30,795 bases of DNA, from the NCBI GenBank assembly GCA_040752695.1, contig JBFMGO010000076.1, forward strand, positions 1 to 30,795, in the 5' to 3' direction. Positions 1-7,529 of this stretch are shown here, one piece after another. The position numbers were made by a program, and so were the translations under genes. Every line of letters begins with the position of its first letter. Position 1 is the stretch's first letter. The notes below the pieces were generated by a model that was not told the origin of the DNA, made no database searches, and saw only the letters and a list, made by a program, of their open reading frames with translations. Origin of the DNA: a bacterium. Its GTDB lineage: Bacteria > SZUA-182 > DTGQ01.

Positions 1-74
1 TTTAGGCAGGCATGAACAATCCCTCATGGGCCTAACCACTTGGAAGAACATGCCCCCTGGTCATCTCACCAATT

Positions 75-172
75 CCCTGCTGTTATTTTGTTCCTGCCAC
101 TTCTTATCCCTGCCACTTCTTATCCCTGCTGTTTTTTATCCCTGTCATTCCTTATCTCTACCATTTCTTATA
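75..172. repeat. Degenerate 16-bp tandem array at the cynS 3' end
   Basis: CCTGCCACTTCTTATC twice exactly (93-124), plus CCTGCTGTTTTTTATC, CCTGTCATTCCTTATC and TCTACCATTTCTTATA, the last covering the cynS stop. Confidence 0.8.
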
Positions 173-598
173 GGGCAGGAATTTCCCCGACATGGTGATT
201 TTTACCCGGTCTCCTTCCGGATCTTGTTGCTTATCAACAATCATCGTAAAATCAATGGCGCTCATGATTCCATCACCAAATTTTTCGTGGATTATTTCTT
301 TCAGAGGCATACCGTAGACCTGCATTATCTCATAGAAGCGATAGATGAGCGGATCTCTCGGCACGGCAGGGCCCAACCCTTTAACAGGCGGTTCGGTGAG
401 CACTTGAGCTACCTCAGGGTCAAGCCCCAGGGCAGATACCAATGCCCGCGCCTCATCTGGCGAAGCGCTCGCCTGACGGTAAACACAGGCGGCAATCCAG
501 ACCTCATCTCGTCCGACAGCCGCTTCCAGCGCCGCGAAAGTCAATCCCCTTTCCTTCTTGGCTGCCAGGATCTTCCTGGTGACTTCCGGTAATTCCAT
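158..598 (-). CDS. cynS: Cyanate hydratase (cyanase)
   Basis: Cyanase motifs [32 protein letters not shown] and GKFLPY. Start moved to the ATG at 598 (MELPEV...) because AAGGAG lies just upstream, giving 146 aa. Confidence 0.95.
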   Translation of the reverse strand: MELPEVTRKILAAKKERGLTFAALEAAVGRDEVWIAACVYRQASASPDEARALVSALGLDPEVAQVLTEPPVKGLGPAVPRDPLIYRFYEIMQVYGMPLKEIIHEKFGDGIMSAIDFTMIVDKQQDPEGDRVKITMSGKFLPYKKW

Positions 599-791
599 AG
601 CTATCTCCTTGCGATAAAAGTAACTCTCAAAAAGAGATGAATCATGGTGGCCCGCCCAAAAACGTACTGAAAGCCATGGCAGTGAAAAGGGCATCACCAT
701 ACTTTTATTTATCGGGGATTAGGAAAATTACACATTATGCTTGAAATGCTATTTTCTTTTATATTTCGACTACTTAAGGACGATAATCCCC

Positions 792-851
792 GACTTACTT
801 ACAGTTTATCCACAGTTATTGTGAGAAACTTGTTAAACATACTGTTTTTAG
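792..851. promoter_or_regulatory. DnaA-box cluster, copy 1
   Basis: Perfect TTATCCACA at 806-814, a degenerate box upstream (TTACTTACA) and an inverted degenerate box TGTGAGAAA at 820-828. Confidence 0.55.
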
Positions 852-1316
852 AAGATTTCGCAGACTATTCTATAATCTGTCTTTGCAGGCTTTAGGTCCT
901 CGTCGTTCCCATTTATATCTCATAATGGGTATTCAGGCTTAAGGAACGCCTGGGAATTACTATATTCCAAGCCCAGGGAATGTATTCGATTCCCCCCTTG
1001 GCTATTGCAATATCCATTTTAATCGTCACAAGTTGATCTTACCCTTATAGCTTTTTTTCAATGGGTTAGGTTATAAAAGAGACTGTTTGAAATCACAGAG
1101 TTATAATTATCAGTTTTCGCTGTGCCGGGGTAAATCTTTCGGAGAAATATGCCCGATCTGAAGTGCGTGGTTATCAGGCGAGAGAGGTGAGAAGGGCAGA
1201 TTGGGGAGAATTTATTGGGTGAGGGAAATGGCTTCTCTTTCGGCGAGCAAGAGCCTTCCCTCCCCCAATATTAGTAAGATGGGTAATAGAAGAATGGGGT
1301 AGTAAAAAGTTTACAG

Positions 1317-1380
1317 AATGAGCGGTTGGGGAATGAGCGGCTAAGGGAGTAAGTGGTTGGGGAATGTGCGGTCGGGTAGG
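1317..1380. repeat. Degenerate ~15-bp purine-rich tandem repeat
   Basis: GAATGAGCGGTTGGG / GAATGAGCGGCTAAG / GGAGTAAGTGGTTGGG / GAATGTGCGGTCGGG. Confidence 0.6.
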
Positions 1381-1494
1381 GGATGGCTGAGAAGTGAGCG
1401 AAATGACCGGTAAAAGTATCGTTACATGTCTCGGATGTGTATCCATACATATTTTCTCACTGAGATTTTAGGTTCGTCCAGGAAGGGCGATATC

Positions 1495-1523
1495 TTGACG
1501 GAGAATGCTCGATGAAATATACT
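1495..1523 (+). promoter_or_regulatory. sigma70-type promoter upstream of the HD gene
   Basis: TTGACG-17 bp-TATACT. Confidence 0.6.
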
Positions 1524-1577
1524 ATCTATGGAGGACTGGGGAACAGCAAAGAAGGTTTTTCTTTCCTTGCAGCACAG

Positions 1578-1665
1578 TATAATATCTTAATATAACATCT
1601 GATATATAATACCTAATATAATACATAATATAATACATAATATAACACCTTACGATAATGCCTTA
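1578..1665. repeat. Array of ~7 TATAAT-containing 12-14 bp units
   Basis: TATAATATCTTAA, TATAACATCTGATA, TATAATACCTAA, TATAATACATAA x2, TATAACACCTTAC, GATAATGCCTTA. Confidence 0.75.
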
Positions 1666-1836
1666 TGTCCCGCATCCCCGACGTATGTGCAGCATATCGT
1701 AATGCGCACATACATACAGTATACTGGAATCTAGTCAAGCGGAAAGCGGCTGAGGTATATACTCTGTTAAAAATCCCCTTATCCCCCTTTAGAAGCATGG
1801 GGGAAATCGTTCCTGCAACCATAAGAGAGGAATCCA

Positions 1837-2382
1837 ATGATTAACCTGGCAATAGAGGTGGCGGCCCTGGCCCATCATGGGCAGGTCCGCAAGGGTACGG
1901 ATATCCCCTATATCACGCATCCTTTTGCTGTGGGCATGCTCCTGCAAAAGGCAGGCTGCTCTGAGGAAGTGGTGGTGGCTGGGCTGCTCCATGATACCAT
2001 GGAAGATACCTCCCTCACTGTGGAGGAGATCCGGTCGCAATTCGGGAATAAGGTGGCAGGCATTGTGCTTGGCTGCTCCGAGCCGGACCGCAGGCTGACC
2101 TGGGAGGAGCGTAAGCAGCACACTCTGAATTTTCTGCGCACCGCACCCATGGAAATCCGCTGGGTATCCTGTGCGGATAAACTACACAACCTGCGAAGCC
2201 TTGCCCATGACCTTAACCGGGTTGGCGATCAGGTATGGAGCAGGTTTCATCGGGGACAAAAGAAGCAGGAGTGGTATTATCGCAGCCTAGTGGAAAGCCT
2301 CTGGCACGGATTAAAAGACCTGCCTCCAGGATCCTTATTCCACCAGTTCAAGAATGAGGTGGAAAACCTCTTCGGGAAATAG
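1837..2382 (+). CDS. HD-domain protein, small alarmone hydrolase (SAH/Mesh1/SpoT-HD)-like
   Basis: AHHGQVRKG..PYITHP, LLHDTMEDT and ADKLHNLR match the stand-alone RelA/SpoT hydrolase domain. GAGAGGA RBS. Confidence 0.85.
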   Translation: MINLAIEVAALAHHGQVRKGTDIPYITHPFAVGMLLQKAGCSEEVVVAGLLHDTMEDTSLTVEEIRSQFGNKVAGIVLGCSEPDRRLTWEERKQHTLNFLRTAPMEIRWVSCADKLHNLRSLAHDLNRVGDQVWSRFHRGQKKQEWYYRSLVESLWHGLKDLPPGSLFHQFKNEVENLFGK

Positions 2383-2420
2383 CCGGAATGATACGGGTGG
2401 CTCAGAGAGTTTAGTATAGG

Positions 2421-2535
2421 CTGCACGAATTTCCCGGCCTGTAATTGAATGGGGCCATTTGTTGAAGATCCCCCTGCTCCCCCTTTACAAAAGGGAAGAT
2501 AAAGACCCTTATCACAGGCACAGGGGGGAGGCCGG
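2421..2535 (+). repeat. Repeat family C (AAAATCCCCCT..CCCCTTT..AAAGGGG palindromic element)
   Basis: Shares GAATGGGGCCAT.TGT.GAA.ATCCCCCT...AAAGGG..ATAAA..CCCTTA..CAGGGGG with 7155-7250 and 21158-21292. Confidence 0.7.
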
Positions 2536-2612
2536 TAACGGGTAGCCCTCTTTCATGTGCGGTGTGCTGAAAGCCACCCTATCCGGGGAAGCACTCCATC
2601 CGAGAAGGCACT

Positions 2613-2672
2613 CTATTCGAGAAGTCCTGATGAGCCGCATCAGTAATGGATCTATCCTACTTTTCGGATAGG
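2613..2672. mobile_element. MITE-like family B (TIR CTATCCGAAAAG...CTTTTCGGATAG)
   Basis: Close to the reverse complement of 29849-29908 (shared core GTCCTGAT.AGCCGCATCAGTA). Confidence 0.65.
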
Positions 2673-2709
2673 CTTTTTAGGTGGTACAGGAATTACACAG
2701 ACCTGCAAA

Positions 2710-5166
2710 TTACATAAGGTTAACAGGATCGACATCGATATCAAGCTGGATTCCTTCTCCGGTAAATCCTGCCTGGAATTCGATGATTCCTTTGCGGATA
2801 AGATCATTGAGGGCAAGGGACTGGCTCGACTTAAGGAGGATCTGGAACCGGTACTGTCCGCGGATCTTAAAGATGGGTGCCTGGGCCGGTCCAAGGATAC
2901 TGACTTCGTCCGGCTTCAGTGAGACCAGAAGATTCATCAGCCTGGTTGCGGCAGCTTTGAGCACATTGATATCCCCCCCCTTGATAATGATATTGATCAT
3001 CCTGCTGAAAGGGGGATAGCCCAACTCCTGCCGGTAGAGAATCTCCTGTTCGTAAAAGGCCCGGTAATTCATCCTGCTGGCACATTGCAGGCTGTAGTGG
3101 GAGGGGGAGAAGGTTTGCACAATAACTTCGCCCTGGATTTCGCCTCGTCCTGCGCGTCCCGCAACCTGGGTTATCAACTGAAAGGTGCGCTCTGCTGAGC
3201 GAAAGTCCGGCAGGTTCAAGATGGAATCTGCCGCAACTACGCCGACCAGGGTAACCTTGGGAAAATCCAGCCCCTTGGCGATCATCTGGGTGCCGATAAG
3301 AATATCGATCTCACCATTGGCCAGTCTGGAAAGGATCTTTTGGTGTGAGGTTTTCCGGGTTACCGTGTCCTGATCCATCCTCTCGATTCTGGCCGATGGG
3401 AAAAGGCATCTGGCCTCCTCTTCGACTTTCTGAGTGCCAAATCCGATATATTGAAGTTTCCCTTTCCGGCAGGCCGGGCACAGGTGAGGCGCAGGGGAAA
3501 CGAAGTTGCAGTAATGGCAGCGGAGCCTGCCTTCATAGGCATGGTAGGTCAGGGATACGCTGCAATTTCTGCACTTCGGTACATGGCCGCAGTCACAGCA
3601 GAGCAGGAAATTGGAGAATCCCCTGCGGTTGATGAACAGGATCGCCTGTTCCTTTTGCCGGATTCTCCGCTCAATGGCCTCGATCAGGACGCGGGAGAAG
3701 AGGGGCCGGGTATTCCCTCCCGTCTTTCCTCCTCGTGGTCCGTATGGATTCCCTTCCGCCTTTCCTTGTGGTGTTCCCCCTTGTGGTGTTCCTCCAGGTG
3801 TTCCCCCAGGATTTTTTCCTGGTGTCCATCTCTGGATTGCTTTTGCTCCCTGGATCTGTCTTGATTCCTGGATCTGTTTTGCTCCCTGGGCTTGTTTTGA
3901 TTCCCGGATCTGTTTTGACTCCTGGATCTGTTTTGGTTCCTCGCGTCGAATTTCCGTTTTCATGTCTACCAGTTGTATTTTCGGCAGGGGATGAGTTGTG
4001 GCTCTATCAGGCAAGGTGAGGTGGCCGAACAGGCCCCCTCGTGCAGCATGAAAGGATTCCAGGGAGGGAGTTGCCGATCCGAGAAGCAGGAGTGCATTGG
4101 CCATTTTTGCCCGCATCAAGGCCACATCGCGGGCGTGGTAGCGCGGAGAATTATCCTGTTTATAGGAAGTTTCGTGCTCTTCGTCGAGAATAACCAGGCC
4201 CAGCTTTTGCAAGGGAGCAAAAATTGCAGACCGTGCCCCGATGGCTACCGTGGCCTCCTGGCTCAAGACCCTGCGCCATTCGTCAATCCTCTCCCCTTTG
4301 CCGAGGCCGCTGTGCAGAACGGCAATCCGGTTGCCGAAAAGGTTATGGAAGCGATTAACCAACTGGTGCGTCAGGGAGATTTCCGGAACCATGACCAGGG
4401 CTGTTTTTCCCATGGCCAGCGCATGGCTGACGGCCTGGAGGTAAACATGGGTTTTTCCGCTTCCGGTGACACCATGGAGCAAAAATGGCGAAAACTCCTC
4501 TCTATCCAGGGCGGATTTGATGACCTGGATGGCCTTTTGTTGATCCTTGTTGGGGATAATCTCTTTCTTTGCGGTCTCGTCCTGAAAAATGAGCGGATCA
4601 CGAAAGATCTCCCGCTCGTATATTTCGATCAGGTTCCTTTGGGCCAGACACTGAAGGCTGTTGCGGTTCGCTCCGGTGGACTTGAGTAGAGCAGCCAGGC
4701 TGAATTCCTGCTCTTGCAAGGCCAGGATGACCGCCGCCTGCCTTGGAGCTTTCTTTCCCTGAATATGAAGAAATTCCTCCAATTCGGGGCTTTGTGCGAT
4801 CAGCCGGACAAATTTTGCCTTTTTGACGGGAATCGACCTTTCCTTAAATCCAATCCCTGCTGGCAGAGAGCCTGAAATCACGCTCCCCCAGGAGGCCAGA
4901 TAATAGTCGGCGATCCACTTGGTCAGGCGAAGAAGTGCTGTGGAGATAAAAGGAGCATCGTCCAGAACCTCCAGAATTTCCTTGACATCCCTGATGCCAG
5001 TCAGATCAGCTCTGGCTGTGACCGCGACAATATAGCCAATTACCCTGCGGTTTCGAAAGGGAACCAGTACCCGTTTTCCCACAGCCGCTTTCTGAAGGAG
5101 TTGATCAGGAATCCGGTACGTAAAGGCTCTATCCAGCGGGACATTGATGACTATCTGGGCGAACAT
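2710..5166 (-). CDS. priA: Primosomal protein N' (replication restart helicase)
   Basis: LHGVTGSGKT Walker A, DEEH, LGSATPS, eight-Cys zinc region, GTQMIAKGLDFP, QVAGRAGR and C-terminal IDVDP. Confidence 0.97.
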   Translation of the reverse strand: MFAQIVINVPLDRAFTYRIPDQLLQKAAVGKRVLVPFRNRRVIGYIVAVTARADLTGIRDVKEILEVLDDAPFISTALLRLTKWIADYYLASWGSVISGSLPAGIGFKERSIPVKKAKFVRLIAQSPELEEFLHIQGKKAPRQAAVILALQEQEFSLAALLKSTGANRNSLQCLAQRNLIEIYEREIFRDPLIFQDETAKKEIIPNKDQQKAIQVIKSALDREEFSPFLLHGVTGSGKTHVYLQAVSHALAMGKTALVMVPEISLTHQLVNRFHNLFGNRIAVLHSGLGKGERIDEWRRVLSQEATVAIGARSAIFAPLQKLGLVILDEEHETSYKQDNSPRYHARDVALMRAKMANALLLLGSATPSLESFHAARGGLFGHLTLPDRATTHPLPKIQLVDMKTEIRREEPKQIQESKQIRESKQAQGAKQIQESRQIQGAKAIQRWTPGKNPGGTPGGTPQGGTPQGKAEGNPYGPRGGKTGGNTRPLFSRVLIEAIERRIRQKEQAILFINRRGFSNFLLCCDCGHVPKCRNCSVSLTYHAYEGRLRCHYCNFVSPAPHLCPACRKGKLQYIGFGTQKVEEEARCLFPSARIERMDQDTVTRKTSHQKILSRLANGEIDILIGTQMIAKGLDFPKVTLVGVVAADSILNLPDFRSAERTFQLITQVAGRAGRGEIQGEVIVQTFSPSHYSLQCASRMNYRAFYEQEILYRQELGYPPFSRMINIIIKGGDINVLKAAATRLMNLLVSLKPDEVSILGPAQAPIFKIRGQYRFQILLKSSQSLALNDLIRKGIIEFQAGFTGEGIQLDIDVDPVNLM
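3833..3940. repeat. Six 18-bp tandem units in frame inside priA
   Basis: TGGATCTGTTTTGA(C/T)TCC-type units encoding KQIQES/KQAQGA, adjacent to a GGTP-repeat segment at about 3716-3825. Confidence 0.9.
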
Positions 5167-6470
5167 GAGCTAGCCTGGTCACATTGGTCGCATTGATCGC
5201 ACTGGACATGTAGGTCATGCTGGTCGTGCGGGTCATGCGGATTATCCTGGTTATCCTGGTTATGCGGGTTAGCTTGAACGTATTGATCGTCCAGATTATC
5301 CAGGTCACCTTGATTCTTCTGGTTCTTCTGGTTCTCCTGGTTCTCCCGATTGTCCCGATTGTCCGGATTATCCTGGTTCTCCCGATCTCCCTGATTTGCC
5401 TGATTTTTTTGATTTGCCTGATTGTTCTGATTGTTCTGATTGTTCTGATTGTTCTGATTGTTCTGATTGTTCTGATTGTTCTGATTATTCTGATTATTCT
5501 GATTATTTTGATTATTCAGATTATCCTGACTAATACACTGCTCGTATTCTTTGCGGATCAGTTGCATGTCCTGCCAAACGAGCTTTTTAATTTCGCGGCA
5601 TTTGCTTTCATCTTTTGAATATTGAAGGATATACTCTGGAGAATAGGTGGGGATAACCTTGATCTTGCTTTCCTGTGTCTGGGTTCCCTCTCCACTAAGC
5701 TGCAAAGGAAAGATATTTCCTCTTACATCATCAATGGAACACGGCTTACCCAGCACCATCTGGGTGGCCAGACTGTCAGCCGGGTTGTCAAGAATGCAGA
5801 TGATCCGGGGCTTGAGAAGCTGCAACTCCCGAAGCAGCAGACCCCGACACCTGCGGCAGGTCATGCTGGTCTTGCCTGCCTGTTGCTCTTGGCTGGCCTG
5901 GTTTCGGCTTGGCTGGTAGCTTTGGCCGCTCTGATAGCTTTGGCCAGGCTGATGGCTTTGGCTTGGCTGGCCGAGCCCGCCGGGCTGGAAGCTTTCACCG
6001 GGCTGGCCGGGCCAGCCGGGCCGACTTTGGTGGTTGCGCTGATTAATGCCCTCTGAAAGAGGGCATTTCACGGCATAGGTCAGATAAATATCCTTCCTGG
6101 TCAGATTGATGGAAGCGAGGATCTTGTCGAGCAATTCCCCTTGCTCTCCCTGGAAAGGCTTCCTTTTGGCCACATTATTGCTCTGCGTTACTCCCGGTGC
6201 TCCCGGAGACCGGCCGACAAAGACCAGAATGGGCTTTGGGTTGCCTTCACCCGACACTGCCTGCTGCCGACTTCTAGCCATCAGGCAACTGCGGCAGTGG
6301 GCAAGGTAACTTTTGAGCTCTTCCAGCGTGGAAAAGGTAGATGGCGGATCCATCTGGAGCTCTGAACTTAAAGGTATCCCGGTCATACCAATATTTTGGC
6401 AATAACGGATGTAGTTTTCCACCATGTGAATTATACGGCTATATTCTTTCTTGATCTGAGATCCAGCCAT
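5151..6470 (-). CDS. Uracil-DNA glycosylase family-4-like protein with low-complexity insertions (possibly inactive)
   Basis: CxxC, V.GEGNP, FVGxxPG, PFxG..G.LLDKIL.SI.L.R..IY, KC, E..L.KP.II, PTY.P and VW.DM.L follow the family-4 UDG layout. Overlaps the priA start. Confidence 0.85.
   Translation of the reverse strand: MAGSQIKKEYSRIIHMVENYIRYCQNIGMTGIPLSSELQMDPPSTFSTLEELKSYLAHCRSCLMARSRQQAVSGEGNPKPILVFVGRSPGAPGVTQSNNVAKRKPFQGEQGELLDKILASINLTRKDIYLTYAVKCPLSEGINQRNHQSRPGWPGQPGESFQPGGLGQPSQSHQPGQSYQSGQSYQPSRNQASQEQQAGKTSMTCRRCRGLLLRELQLLKPRIICILDNPADSLATQMVLGKPCSIDDVRGNIFPLQLSGEGTQTQESKIKVIPTYSPEYILQYSKDESKCREIKKLVWQDMQLIRKEYEQCISQDNLNNQNNQNNQNNQNNQNNQNNQNNQNNQNNQNNQANQKNQANQGDRENQDNPDNRDNRENQENQKNQKNQGDLDNLDDQYVQANPHNQDNQDNPHDPHDQHDLHVQCDQCDQCDQASSCSPR
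5175..5527. repeat. 9-bp-periodic array encoding the (NNQ)n and D/N/Q tail
   Basis: TGATTGTTC x7 (5419-5481), then four TGATTATT(C/T) units, flanked by degenerate 9-bp units. Confidence 0.95.
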
Positions 6471-6715
6471 CTTGAGGTCCTGTTTTTTGAGATTCTGTCA
6501 TTTGAACGCCTGTTTTAAAACCGATGGCAGCTATTTGTAATATACAACTACTTAGGGCTGTATAGCCTGTAGGCTGTCAGTCTAAAAGCCTTTCTTGCGG
6601 TCGGGACGCATTGTCTCCTTCTCCAGAGGATAGCCTCTTAGTGCAGGCCGCCCAAAATACGCCACTGGTTGACCTTGCCTTTTTCGCGGACACCTTTATG
6701 AAAAAGTCCGCCCAA

Positions 6716-6788
6716 CGTCATTCCCGCAAAGGCTTAGAATCCAGTTTTTTCAAGGGCTTCTGGATTCTAAGCCTTCGCGGGAATGACG
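6716..6788. repeat. REP-like inverted doublet, family D
   Basis: CGTCATTCCCGCAAAGGCTTAGAATCCAG, spacer, CTGGATTCTAAGCCTTCGCGGGAATGACG: about 29-bp arms with one mismatch. Confidence 0.85.
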
Positions 6789-6965
6789 AAGAATTACTAC
6801 ATGCTAACTGGTCGCGGAATTAAGGCGATCAGTACTTAGTATTTTCAAGGTAATCTGACTGATCAAGGTAATCCGGCTTATCTTGTATTCTCTGGATAAT
6901 TGCCGGATCATGACCGGTGGTTCATGTCAGTATCTTAGCACCTTTCGTAGCACTGATTCAATAAG

Positions 6966-6980
6966 GCAATCTTTATGCCA
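6966..6980 (-). promoter_or_regulatory. sigma54 (-24/-12) promoter
   Basis: Minus strand reads TGGCATAAAGATTGC, with correct GG-N10-GC spacing. Confidence 0.6.
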
Positions 6981-7154
6981 AGTGGTGTAAAAGTATGCCT
7001 GAAGATAAAAAGTCGGTGTGTGAAAAAATGACAAATGGTGGATTAATTATGTCGAGTTAAAGGAGCGGTCCGTTAGCCGCTCACCTGCCAGTTTCACTTT
7101 GAGAAATTCGTTAACTCCAGAATCGAGTAAAAGCTCTACCCTAATCCATCGCTC

Positions 7155-7250
7155 CATTTGTCGAAAATCCCCCTACCCCCTTTTACGAAAGGGGGGATAA
7201 AAACCCTTATCGCAGGGGGAAGGGCAATAATCGGCCATGTATTTAACGCG
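7155..7250 (+). repeat. Repeat family C copy
   Basis: CCATTTGTCGAAAATCCCCCTACCCCCTTTTACGAAAGGGGGGATAAAAACCCTTATCGCAGGGGG. Confidence 0.7.
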
Positions 7251-7260
7251 ATCTTGCAGT

Positions 7261-7346
7261 AAGATGTGCCTTTGGAAAAAGAAATGGTATGTGCCTTTAT
7301 AAAAGATATGTGCCTCTATAAAAGGGATAGGTGCCTTTGGAAAAGC
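7261..7346. repeat. Degenerate ~20-25 bp tandem repeat
   Basis: Four units containing GTGCCT(T/C)T..AAAA. Confidence 0.65.
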
Positions 7347-7529
7347 GGGAGGGCAGGTGACCCTTGATTTAACCAAGTGAAAAACGCTATAGCAGGATTC
7401 TATCGGGCATCTCATCAACCAATAATATATTTTCTACCGCAATATATTTCATCTGCCGCCGTACATCAACTACACCGGCACAGCATACCGTACAGCGTAC
7501 AGCTCACCTACTGACATCGCTGGCACAGC

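Noticed and set aside
599..700. N-terminal extensions of ORF-track calls (cynS; also 12163, 14303 and 21277 starts)
   Set aside because: Better RBS, signal peptide or translational coupling at downstream starts (598, 12268, 14171, 21358).
970..1005. TTCGATTCCCCCC resembling a tRNA T-arm/3' end
   Set aside because: No complementary T-stem, D arm or anticodon arm; only small local hairpins.
1174..1446. 90-aa Pro/His/Ser-rich ORF
   Set aside because: Translation of a purine-skewed repeat tract, with no RBS or recognisable domain.
5217..5618. 133-aa ORF with poly(LIV) on the + strand
   Set aside because: Antisense shadow of the 9-bp NNQ repeat within the UDG-like gene.
7261..7346. Short repeated units here and at 16731, 21962 and 27930-28040 considered as CRISPR
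   Set aside because: Units are adjacent and degenerate with no unique spacers, and no cas genes are present.
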